Made by a program: the position numbers and the translations under genes
NCBI GenBank assembly: GCA_035084275.1
Contig: CM068764.1
Location: 6,448,001 to 6,512,000 of the forward strand
Length of the DNA: 64,000 bases
Source of the DNA: Hydrolagus colliei
Lineage: Eukaryota
Direction: 5' to 3'
In this document: in pieces, positions 1-12,800 of the stretch
Layout: each line of letters begins with the position of its first letter
Numbering within the stretch: position 1 is the first letter of the stretch
Notes under the pieces: generated by a model
Databases searched by the model: none
The model's input: the letters and a program-made list of their open reading frames with translations, nothing else
Told to the model about the DNA's origin: nothing

Positions 1-2174
1 AAACTTTTGATCTACATCAACAACAAAATTACGTTTGTATAGGGACTTTCACATCGGGAGGACATCCCAAGACATCTAGACGCAGATATATAATGAAACG
101 TTCCTTTATTCATAATTCAGGCAATGGTATGATAAAAATATAGATCGGCACAAGGGATCCAATATATTCAATTGTGCAGGGCAGATTGAACGATCAAAGG
201 AAGGTGGTTACATTATAGTTAGGGAATGATCACGGTGAATGAAATTGAGGGATTCACATAATGTCGAAAATCATAAGAGTAAAATTCGAGTAATTTGAGT
301 TCTTTCATCTGAATCCTAATTTGAAATTGTTATCTCATGATTTTCGCCAAGTATTCCTGATATAACAATAGGCAGTGTTTGTTGTCTGATTAAAAACAGC
401 TGATATCTTTGTAAACAATTCTATAATACAGGACAGAAGAGAATTGATGTGTTGTTGTTGTTGTGTGATAAAAGAGAATTAATTGGCATTAATTAACCGT
501 GTTTTAACATTAAGTGAGTTGCAGTGTTTTATGCTGTACTTCTCTGCTTAACATCTTAAAAAAGTTACCATTCTTCACATACTAATTATTAGGTTGAATG
601 TTGATTCTAATCTATTTCTTACTTATTTCTGTTACTCATCTTCCTATTTTTTCCAGTCTCACTGCATTATGGGAGGTTAGGATTAAGTTTCATTGCCTGT
701 TTTACAGAGCAGTTTTACAGAGGAAGTAACAAAGTGCAGTGAAAACAGGAACCTAATAACACCTGTCTGATCCCATGCCCTATATTGTTCCTATCACTGA
801 ACCAAAGTATTTGCTGCTATTACTTGTAATCTATTTGTTTGGCTTTAAGTATTTAACTTCTTTGACACTTCAGTGCCTCAACATTATTAAACATTCAAAT
901 ATAGTATGATTGACTCCTTTTCTCAACAGTTCATTTTACTTGCTCCCGATTCCCCAACAGCTCCCTCTGTTACTCTTAGTGATGTTAAACCCAGTATTTT
1001 GTGAATAAGAATTAGAAAGACATTTTTATACACATGGTCAACACTGATAGTCAATTAAGTCAACCAACCAGTATGCTACCATCTAGTATGTGAATGGAAT
1101 AGGACGTTGAAAGAAGCTGCTCTTTCATAATCAACAAATCTAGGTTTGCTCAGTTTCAAATTGTACACTCACCTTTATGAGATCAAAGTTATTTAAGCAT
1201 CTGATCTGGTGATTTGGTGATCTAGAAGCAAAACCAGTTTATTACCATGAGGATAGAAACAACAATTTCCACTTGTAAAGCACTTTTTCATGCAGGAAAG
1301 CCCTTCACAAAACTGGAATGGGAACCCAAGCAGGGTGGAATATGTGGGGAGCAGTGATGCTCTGGAGAAAGGTCACCTCAGCAAGGCAGTTGAAGAAGAA
1401 AGCTTTTATAATTTTTTTTTAGAAGAGCAGACATGGATGATGCGAGGCAGAGGGATATAGGTAGAGTTACAGAGTTTGGGGGGGGGGGGGGGAAGTGGCA
1501 GCTTCTCTGCTGATGGTAGGACAGAATGGTTGGGCATATGAGTATGGCCCAAGTTAGCAAAATGTGGGAATCTACAGCTTTATGTATATTTTGCAATTAT
1601 GGTCGAGTCCTCATTGCTTTGTAGATGCCTTTTTGGGGGTAGAATGTTCTGTAGTTTATATTTTGGACAAAATGAAGGGAAGAACCACTTTCTGTTTGTA
1701 TTTACTGAATGGCTCTTTTTAGGATCATTAAGACTGAGTTTTTATATCACATTGTTTAATAAAGAAAATGTTTCAAGAACATATCTAGATTGTATTGCTG
1801 CATAAACTGTATCCTGATAATCGATGAAATTTAACACACTTCTGTTGATTTAGCTTTGTTATATTCAACTATATTGAAGGCAGAGGTAATCCAAGCAGAC
1901 CTTTTACAATTAGAAAGTAATCTTTTATAATAGAACGCAGGATCCAAAATATTTGACTAAAGTTGGTTTCTTTAGAAATAATAAGAAAATTGTGAAAATG
2001 AAATCTTACAAGAATGGATCAGAACCTAGAAAACCATTTCATATTGTCATCTCAAATTTCTAACCATTTGGTTTTGGTTTGCTAAGATGTGAAGCAATAT
2101 TTTTCCTTATCTATTATTTTTTCCCACTCTTTTAGATATAATAATATTTAGGTATGCGTGTATCATCAATTTCA

Positions 2175-2320
2175 GATGAAAGGATAGAGGGATTAAGGGA
2201 TATGGCGATAAAGCAGGTAAATAGAATTAGGTTAGAAGATCAACCATAATCTTATTAAATGGTGGGACAGGCTCGAGGTACCAAATGGCCTACTCCTGCT
2301 TCTATTTCATATGTTCGTAT
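2175..2320 (+). mobile_element. CR1 LINE 3' end
   Basis: ...caggctcgaggtaccaaatggcctactcctgcttctatttcatatgttc, a chondrichthyan-type CR1 tail (by recall). Confidence 0.7.
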
Positions 2321-3039
2321 TATCACCAAATTTTAATTTGTAATTTTGATAATCTTGCATCTTCAGTGATGTGTACAATGGTACATCAAAAAAAAATTCA
2401 CTATACAATCCATTTACTGAAACTGCATCAAAATGTTTTGGAAGTTCATTCCTTTAACAAAAATGGTTTGAGATATGTATATGTGGTGTAAATTATCAAC
2501 ACAAGTACCGGTATATCACTTTTTTATACTTTGGGCCCTAGATATTAATCTCTAGTTTTACAAATCTTTATAAATACAAATGGTGGGAGAGTCTGTTACT
2601 GGCCGTCAATTTTTCTCAGCTCCCCTGTTTATCCAGTTATTTAACTAACTCTTCAGATTTTTGACACTCTATCACAGTATATAATCCAGATTCTGATATC
2701 AAGTTTAATCATCTCCTCTTGTGTCTGTAATTCATAATCCTGTTGATGATTAACTTTGTCCACTTACCCAGTCACTGAGTCTAATTCAAACAGATGACCA
2801 CAGCAACTCCAGGAGTGTCCATATTTAGCTTAAACAAAATCCCTTCAAAGAACACTGTGCACTTTAAGTAAAACACAGAATGACCTGGAAACAAAAATGA
2901 CTCCATTTTATTTTATACTACTCTAGCATATAGTGGACCAACTTTGCAAAGAAGGGTTTGTTTCCTATTTTCTCAATTTTCAATTGATTTATTGGTTCAT
3001 GTGTATCGTATATCATGCAAGTTGTCATCCAGCAGAAAA

Positions 3040-3111
3040 ATATATAGACTGAGTCATAAGGTGTTTTGATTTGTAATCAAATCAAAACACCTTATGACTC
3101 AGTCTATATAT
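3040..3111. repeat. Perfect 34-bp inverted repeat with 4-nt loop
   Basis: atatatagactgagtcataaggtgttttgatttg-taat-caaatcaaaacaccttatgactcagtctatatat. Confidence 0.95.
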
Positions 3112-3627
3112 GTTTTGAAAGTTCGTTCTATGTGCCAAGCTCATGAGCTATCAGATTCTCTAATACCAAATGCCAGTATTTAGTGTGTGAAAAGTTGTAT
3201 GTCCTCTGTTAGATAGATTACCTACATTTAAGGCAACAAAATGTAACTTTTTATATTGCAATACATCTATTGTTATGCAAATTAGGATTTTACAACAATT
3301 AGAGATCAAATGTTCTCAATCTGAATTTTTTTAAACCTTCCATTTAAGTTGCAAATGGCAATAAATTACTGTAGTTCCAAAAGTTGGTTATCAGGAAAGG
3401 TACCATTATCAGAATGGATCAAGTTGAGAAACCAACAATTAGTGAAATATTTTGTGATTCTGTGTTTTTTTCATCCCAGTCAGATAATTCTGCATCCCAT
3501 TGCACCTTTTTAAAAGTTCTGTTGGTAAAATTCAACCCAGCAACTAGCTGAAATAGTTGCTGTAGCTTTATAATTGTAAGTGACCTTTACTGTGACTTTC
3601 TGCTTTCCACTTTCTCTGTACTTGCAG

Positions 3628-3786
3628 TGACCATCACACGTGTGTCCAGGTCCCACTTCATGGTCATAATCCAGGGCAATGTGCTGCACCAATTTCAGTT
3701 GCTAGGAAGAACTTGGGTTCCAGTCCAACAACTGTTCTGTAATTGCCATCTTTTCATAAAACCAATTCCCAGCTCATGACAGCAGC
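3628..3786 (+). other. MYO18A: 5' UTR part of the putative alternative start exon
   Basis: Strong acceptor ctttctgctttccactttctctgtacttgcag|3628, followed by ATG at 3787 in a strong Kozak context (agcATGG). Confidence 0.55.
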
Positions 3787-3825
3787 ATGGCTTTCTCATC
3801 ACGGTTTGCATTTTGGGAGAAAAAG
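3787..3825 (+). CDS. MYO18A: Alternative (gamma/MYO18B-like) first coding exon [13 protein letters not shown]
   Basis: 13 codons resembling the recalled MYO18B start MAISSRLALWEQK. Ends AAG|GGAAGT (non-canonical). Alternative canonical in-frame donor AAA|GTAAGC at 3963. Confidence 0.7.
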
Positions 3826-6800
3826 GGAAGTCCTGTTTTAAAATATGAATCATTTACATTTGCAATTAGCAATAAATCGTATTTGACATGGTGGTTCTTA
3901 GGTTGGGTTGTAGTAATGAGGAGTCTTACTACCTCCTCAACAATTGGGTGGGCGAAAAACAAAGTAAGCTTTTACTTGAAAATTTTATACACTTGCTGCC
4001 AAGGAAAATTGATTATATAAAATGCTTCTAGTTCTGGGAATTTAGTGTTTATTTAGTGTTGAATCTCCTACTGCTGGGTGCCTGTGGTAAAGGCAAAAAC
4101 TGTTCATGTTTTGTGTTTTATCTATTCTTGTGTTATACTTCTATGTTTTCATAATAGCAAGTAATACTGTTGAAGCTCAACCAGGCAGCAAGAAATTGAG
4201 AAGCCTCAAGGGATTTATTGTAGATACAAACCATAAATACTTCATTATCTCATCCAATTCCATTTAAATCAACAAAGGTTTTCAAAAAGGAACTAGACAA
4301 GTTCCTGTCATAGGACTCTGGGCTATTATATTTATTGCTAGATATAGTATATTGATGGAACATTGTGAAAAATTGGATGAGTAGGTGGGATGGATGATGT
4401 TCTACTTCTGCCCGAAATTGTTTAGTTTGGCTTTTATTCTGTAGATGTTACAAACTGCACTGCTAATTACATTTTTTTCAAATTTAACTAACATTGTTTA
4501 AAATGGGTAGAGTATATTTATTATGCATAATGTATAGTCTGATAGTAAATTAATTAAAAAAATTATGGATAATTAACTCTCACAAATGTATTAATTGGGA
4601 TTATTGGGATTATTATTGATGCATTTATACTAAGAGATTTAGAACTGTATTAGCTTTACATACTGTATTACAGTATTATAAATTCAATTTTGCTGGAGGT
4701 GTCCAGTTTTAACTGAAGTGATATGGACACTGGTGCATGGTATCTTCAAATTCAGACTGTCATATTGCAACCTCATCCTATAACTAATTAGGTTAAGGAG
4801 GAAAAACCTTTGGATAAGAAAAAGGTTGTCCAAGTGGAATCTCTTGATGAAGACCAACAGCAAAATTGTGCACAATCTGTAAGTTTCTTAAAATGGTTGT
4901 CATGTTTTTAGAATCAGTAACTCACATTTGTGTTCAGTGCAAATTTGCTTTTAGATCCAGTTTTTAAAAATTGTATTTATATTATCCTGTCTGTGTTAGA
5001 TTCAAGATGACTGTCAAACGCAGTTGCATTTAATACTTAGTCAGTTTTCTGAAAATCATACATTTTACAGGAATGCTGATGACTTTATATTTGCGTATTT
5101 ACTGCAGAAAATATACTTTGTCAGGTCACCTAATTAGTTTAATGACCATCAAAGATATCTGACCCATCAAGGGAATGTTCAATAGAAACTAAACTTGCAT
5201 TGGAAGTGTTACAGTTTTCCATTAATCAAGAAGTATAAAATGGAAAATTTGCATTTCTGCACTTGCTTTTTTAATGCCACAGCAACCTTGTGGTTGGCCT
5301 TCTCTTACTGGAGATCGTGATTGATACTGCATCAGCAGATGCAGTAGATGTGTTGATTTCATTTGGGCATGGAAGGTTTCCAAAGATCCTCCTGTAAACG
5401 ACTGGATCTTAGAAGATGTGCTCAGGTTAGCCTTTTTAATATTTTTTTTCTACTGTGCTTTGAATTGAAAAAGCTGGGAGCTTGAATTAGGTCTTGTTGA
5501 GAGCTCCAGTATGACTTGCAATATGGATTGCTGAAAAAAAAGTTGTTTCTTTATAGGAAGGAACGGCATAACTGGTGGGCTAGAAGGCAGATGGGGCTTG
5601 CTGCAGTGCAGCATATTAACTATGCTGTTCTTTGAGTCTTTCTGCGTGGGACTTATTCAGTAGTGTGTGAACAAAACCTAATAAAAGTATAGGCTTCAGT
5701 TTCAGGCATGCAATAGCTGCATGATAAATAATATTTTGCACACAAAAAATCAGGAAATTAGCAGATGTAATGAAGATTAAGACACTGCAGTTTGCTGCAG
5801 GTATTTTGCTTTGCAAGATATACATGAGCTAGAAAGAAAGCTACCATTATGTAACCCAATATTTTTAAATGGACATTTTAAAGTGGAGGTTGGTTGTACT
5901 GTATTTAGATGGTGGAGTAACACATTTTCTTTCTATTTGCACATTCTTATTGGATTAAATACTGCAAGCCATTTAGGGTGGGGACAGAATCCTCATTTAA
6001 ATATTCCACAATCAATGATATTTTACAAAATATTTTGTGAACATTCTGCTGATTGGGAAGAAAAACAGCTGGTTATATATTATAGTAGAATTGAAAAGGC
6101 CCTAAATATTTTAAAAGCAACTTGCACTGGTCTGTTTTCATGTGCATGTATGAAAATAAGGAAAAACAAAAACATACTTCTTTGGTTTGTAGTTTTAGTT
6201 TTATTTGTGTTCAGTGCATATGTAATATTGCTGAACAGTTAACAAAAGTGGAATATTAGAATTAGGTCTTTATTTTCGTAATGTTATTGCTGCTAACAAA
6301 CCAGAATTTATGGAGAAGATTAATTTTAACTTTTATTAATGCATGGACATAACACTCATTCTAATTATGAAGTTGTTTGTTGGATGGGGAGGGAAATTAC
6401 TGTACAGTCATTTTGAAACCACAACTCTGGAACCAATCTTTTAGGTAATGTTTCCTGCTGTTGTGCATTTGAGAGTATTTTTGCTTAATATTGTATATTT
6501 TTTTGCTTAATAGATAAATAGCTAAAGTGTGATATCAATGCACTTTAATACTATACATTTTAAATATAATTTATATTATAAAGCTGCATTACTTATGAAA
6601 GTAATACATTATTACCATTGTTATGTATTAATTATTCAAGGTTTAGGGACGAAACTAGACTTATCATATAAATATAGCTGTTCTTAACTAATACTTAGTT
6701 ACCACATTTGTATTTACTCTAGTTTTATTCCTTTTGCTTAATGTGCTTGCTACCTGCCATGTCATTCATCTGCTATAGCTTTTCTTTCTACCATTATAAT

Positions 6801-9800
6801 TTATGGAACATTTTGTTTTGCGGTATGTTAATTTAGTTGGAAAATGGTGCAAATACTAATGTGGTGAATGACAGGGAGCAGATGATCAGCAGTCCGCAAC
6901 CGGAGATAAATGGTGAAAATGGAAGTTCAACTGAACAATTCGGAAGCAAGTTTAACATACAAGAGAAAATAAAACAAGATATGCATACTGAGAGCCAGAC
7001 TGAGTTGCTTCATGAGGACCAGGGAGTTCCTCATAAGAAAGTGGCCAAAGCGGCTAAGAAAATGATGCAGAAGGTTTTAGATGAAATAGACAGTAAGGGA
7101 AAGGTGAAAGAGACAAAATCTAGAAAGCAACCAAAGGAAAACAAAGTAGAGACCAAGCCAGTTTTAGAAGCAACAGGGCCATCTAAAACGGAGAGTAGCA
7201 AGACTGCGCTACATGTTAGGAAAAAAGTTCCTATTCCTACAAAAATAGAACCAGCAACTCCAGGAAAGAAAACTACAGTTAAAGATGATATATCAGTGGG
7301 GTTGGCTAGCCTAATGACCCGGGGAAAATCAAAAGATCACAAACCTCGGCGAGTCCCAGAGAAGAAGGAGGAAGTTGTTGAGACTTGTCCGGATGATTTA
7401 CTGAACAAAAGAACGGCTTCCCCTCCTTTGGAACAATTCAAAACACAACCAGACAAACTACAACAGCAACAATTGGTTAAAAGCGAGGTATTTCTTCTGA
7501 AAAGCATGTACCAACTAACCAGAGTATGTGTGCAGTGTACCAGAGATACAGAAATAAAAGTTTTACTGAAGTTTGTGTTTTATCCCAATGCACTTTGTAA
7601 AATCTGCTTGGAAACTTGAACAAAAGACTGCTTGGATAGTGAGTGGCATGGAGCAATACTGAACCGTACTGTGCAAGGATATTGATTCTAACTGTGTCTT
7701 GCACCATTCTTATCTTGGTTCACTAACTATTTGGGCACGAGAAATGATTTGTCATCCTGAAACGTAGTTGTAGAATTGTGTGGCCTAACTTGAAACTGTT
7801 TACACATTAGACTAGAATTCGTTCAGATTTTTAAAAAATATTCAACTCTATGCATGATGTGCTAAGAAACTATGAATATATAGTATTATAAAATTGAGGG
7901 TTTTTTAAATTGTTTCGCTAGTCTCATTGAGGAATTAACCATGGTTAGTATATGGGATATTCAAGGCATGTCATTTCATGGTCTTTATTTATGGTCTTTG
8001 TATTTACAAACAAGTGCACTGTTTTACCCCCCTTTTCACCTATTTGAAGGAGAAGGTACTTCTCAATGAACAACAAATATCTGATCAGGAAAAGTTGCCC
8101 TCATCTATTATTGAAGAACCTCTACCAGATTTTACAAAGCAGGTGTGTAGCCGGTGTGTGGAGAGGAGGAAGGGAGAATAAAAAATCATACAGATAGTAG
8201 ATGAAACTTCTAGGCCAGCCATGTGGAACTTTGTGGAAAGATCAGGTGTAGCAAGTTATAACCTGAGTGAATAGTTATGCTTATACAGTATGCATGTGAT
8301 TTGCAATCAAGGTTCATGAGTGGAATTTGAGAAAAGCATGGGAGCATTTTCATAGTTTCTGACAATGGAAATGTAACCTTTGGACTGTCCTTTTTGCACC
8401 AGACTGATTGTGCATGTTTCTTTTAATCTGGCAACAAGACCTTTGACTTTTTTTAAATCCTGAATTATTTTTCATGTGTACATCTAGTTTTTTTTTACAG
8501 TTTGGCAAATATTTATATCATCTTCAAGGCATTTTGATCAAAAGTCTTTCTAATTTGGATTGTATAAATTCTGCAAAGGAAACCAGTGGGCTTCAGTTTT
8601 CAGAAATATCTAAAATGAATCAAAGTATATATGATATGTATGATTTTAGATTTGCGGTATCTTTTCTAGATACTAGAAAAGAGTAGATGCATACTATATG
8701 AAAGCTGTAGAGTAATTCATACTGTATGAAAGCTGTAGAAATCCACATTTTATATAATGACAGCTAACCCTTAATTTGCTGACAATTCTATGGAGAATTT
8801 CTTTTTAGATAGATGGACTGTTGTTGTTTCCATTTGGTTGATGAACTAAGAAATTGATTTTACTGTTGGCCATGTGACCTTTAGGCCCAAAGGATATCTC
8901 AACAAATGACCCCAACGGACAAAGCTCAGATGACACTGGAGAGAATCTTCTTTCTTTCTGTAAAAACAAACATTTTATTGAACAATACTTGAGTGTCTTG
9001 AATAATCCTGTCTGAACAATTTGCTATCGGGAGTTCATATTTAACACTTGTTGCCTTGCTTTAATAATTGCGGTATTCAGTATTGCACAGAGCTAGCTGT
9101 ACAGTACAATTTAATATATTATTTGAAAATATTCAGTTATAACATTGTAAAATTTTAATAGTAGTATATGCTAACTGTATGATAACAGAGGACTATGATT
9201 AGGAACCCCTCTGGAATATTTCACCATTACCACATAGATCACAGCATGATCGAATTACATCTTATCAAACTTGTTTTTTTTTACCTTTAATGACATTTCT
9301 TATCAAACTAATTGTAATTTTAGCAGTCAGCGTGTTTAACAGACTTCCCACATCAATGTACACTACTAGGTACAAATTGATATGTAACTAATGTCTTGAT
9401 TCACTTCTGAATACCCTCATCTTGGAACATTCATTGAATATTTATATTAGTAGACCAACTAAATACTATATTGTGTTCTAGAACTTGCTTTGATACCTTT
9501 GAACCTTGTGAAATACACCAATCTGTTGGAACTATATTTCATATTTATTTTTAATGCACAAGTAGTATTTGTTCCAATTATTTGAGTTCAGCAGGAGTTT
9601 TAAACCACTGGCATGTTTTGATGAAGCTGCTGATAAACTTTGACTTGGTATTTGCTGAGCACATTCTGAATGTTTTCCGGTTGTTTGAATGAATGCAGTG
9701 CTTTGTTCAAATATTTGAGTTTAATTTCATGTTCAATTTGAATTGGTGTTCATGTTGACATATGCTTCTTGAAATTGCTGTGTTAAAAGTGATCATAGAT

Positions 9801-12800
9801 ACAGATAAAAAAAATGTTCATGAAGTAATGATAATTCTTCTGCATTATGCTTAATGTGACCTGTTAAAAGCTATTGCAACCACAATGTTAGCATTCCTTT
9901 TTGTCTTAAAGGTGAATAATTTATCATTTGTGCCTTTACAACTTCTGTAGTCTTTCAGCAATCTACTTCTATCAATTTGCAAAATTGTGATGCATAGTGT
10001 GAGATTTCAGAAGATGTAGATCTATGTTCATGGTATATGTTGAAGTGAAAAAAATCAAACTCCGTCATTTTGGATACTACAGTATAATAAAGACTACAGC
10101 AGTTCATAAAGATGTGCTACAAAATAGTTTGTGAAGTAACCAAGAATTCACTACATTAGCTCTCTCATTATTTCTGTATGCGTGCTGTGATTTGCTTAGT
10201 AACTTCATCTTTTTCTCTTCATTCTCATTTTTACATTTGTATCTTGTTTCTTTCGCCTTGCATTGCTGTCACAGCCGGAACCTGTGGTCCCATCTCCTCA
10301 GAGCCTTGTTCCCTCTCAGGATTCCTACGCTCGCTCCAACGATCTCGCACAGGCAGGTGTCTGCGTCTGGGCTGGTGTCTGTGCCCGTGTATCATGCTGG
10401 ACTGTAAGGCTGCCTTCATGTCTATCCTGTGGTGCCTTTTCTTTCCATCTCCGCTACAGCACTTTTGCTTACTTTGCTTGTACTGTATTCTGCTCCTAAC
10501 ACATTTCAACAATGTCAAAGGTGTGCTGGTCTATTCAAATTCACCAATCATAAAGAACTTGATTAGGTAAATTAGGTGTATTCCAAAACGTGCAAAATGA
10601 AGCTCAATTTGCTATACCTGTGGTGTCATTCCAGCGTAATACTATCAGTTATTTTTATTAACATTGTTTTCATGTTTCACTTACAATCCCCGATTCTATT
10701 TGTTCACCTGTGAGAAAATTAATCATCTGAACAAATTAAAGTAATAAACAAAATAAAAGAAAAAAAGTAATTTCAATTCAGCCATCGTCGATTTAACTAA
10801 GGTGCCAGCCAGCGGTCTCAAGAAGATGCAATGATGTTTTTGTTTGAAATGTGATGACATTACATGTTAAGATATAAGATATGCACCAATGTTTTTAGGA
10901 CACTTCAATTTAAGTGTTGCCTGGAGTGAAATATGATGTAAATGCCTCTTTTCCCATGCCTTAATTCCCTAAAGGGAATTAAATATATTCTGGATTTACT
11001 TGGAATTTAAGGAGGAAACGCTCCAAATTGGATTTGTTTTAAAAGAAAATACAATTTGGCATTAAGCTTCACAGAGACTGTCATAGAGTTAAGAATTTTC
11101 TTGCAGTTATATTCTAGTTCAAACAAGGTTAGTGATTGTGATGTTAATTGTACAGGGTGTAAAGCTGGGTTTTGGTATGTAAAATTAGACACCGAATTAT
11201 AAGCTGCTGATATTCATTTCCGGGATAGACTAGCGGGCTTCCTGCATGTCTGCAGAAAGCTAGTTAGTCTATGCCGGAAACTGGAACTGTGTCACACTTC
11301 TGGTAACTGCTGGTTCACTTGAAACTCACTTTATAAGAGAACTTTAATGAGATATATTATAATGAGGTCGCCCTGCATTCATAAAAAGACAGGTGTGCAA
11401 AACGGCAGATTCCACTGCACTACAAGCCTTGAGAACGTTCGAGTGCTCCATTCTAAAGAACAATACCTCTTCCATATTTCCACCTACAGAATAGTGAATA
11501 GTCTGATTATTAATACAATGAGTATTTAGCTTCTGTAAAATTGATATGCATGCCACATCTTTTTTATTTAATTATGTAAATTGTATTTATTTGAAACTAT
11601 GGTTAGTTTATAGTTGTAGTTTGACACCAATGTGATTTTATGTTACACTTTCTTGTGTTTAATTAGTATTGTAACTTAAATTTTAAAGCTGTAAGTAGAA
11701 AAGTACTCAACAAAACTAATGCACATAAATACAGTACTCCCACTATCAAGTTGAAAACACTAGCAATATTCAGGAAAGTACTGAAGATTTTAGAATGGCA
11801 CTTTTTTTTAACAAGGTGTACTTCTTGTGAAAAAAAATTTGGATAGTTGTTGCGAGCATTGATCAGGAGTTGCACATTACTGTAGAATGATCTGGTAACT
11901 TTTCAAAAGGCTAATAATGTTAAATATTTGTGTTTAACTGACATTTATAGCTTTTTTGTTTCTTTTCTCCAAATTTCTCCTGTTACCTTTCAATTTTGCT
12001 CTTCCCTTCCTAGTATTGTAATTTGATTGAGACATGAGTTTAGAAGCAGAGAGTGGAATAAGACGGCTACACATTAATGTAGGAGTCTCAATACTGAGGA
12101 CTTTTGTTATAAGCACATCTAAGAATTATGTTTAGGTGGAAAAGATGGGACTACATAAATCCCAAATAAAAATAAGGATTATGTTTCATTGTGTGTCACA
12201 AAACCACAATACTGAATAGAATGCAATGTGAAAAGTATGTGTGAAAGACAGAATAATGTTATTTTTAAATCTTGGTTTGCTTTGCACTGCTGCGCCTATG
12301 CTGCTGCTCTCCAGAATCAGGTGGAAGAGGTACCAGTGTCTGTGCTGCAATCTCCCTCAGTATCTGCTTCTACTGAGCCCCAGGTTGGCATTTACACATC
12401 AACACCGTTTGGCGAAGTATAGCTTTTGTAAAGTGCCTATACATTGTGTAGTCCTCAGCTTCAAGTGTGCCTTCATCTCATGTGTTATTTTCTTAGGTAT
12501 TCATGTTCGTCTTTGCTTGTAAACCACAAGATTATAGGTTAATTATTTTCAGACCATTTATACAAAGAACGAGTTTTATATGTGTCATCACAGGTTTGAC
12601 TTTGTATTCTTTTTAATTTTTTCAATAGTGCTGGCATAAGTAGGTTTTGGCGGAAGCCTTCTCATAAAATTCGAGTCAAATCAACCTTTTAGTATCAGTG
12701 CCATATGTACAAAGTATAATTTAATGGAAGATTTCATGAATTTTTTAAATTGTCCTATAATTGCATTTATTTATTCAAAACCCCAAATGTGAAATATTCA

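Noticed and set aside
2700-2960. Muscle promoter (near-CArG ccatatttag, E-box cagatg)
   Set aside because: Only imperfect motifs in AT-rich DNA; no first-exon evidence
5811-6242. 143-aa ORF
   Set aside because: AT-rich intron composition, no recognisable domain and no convincing splice sites
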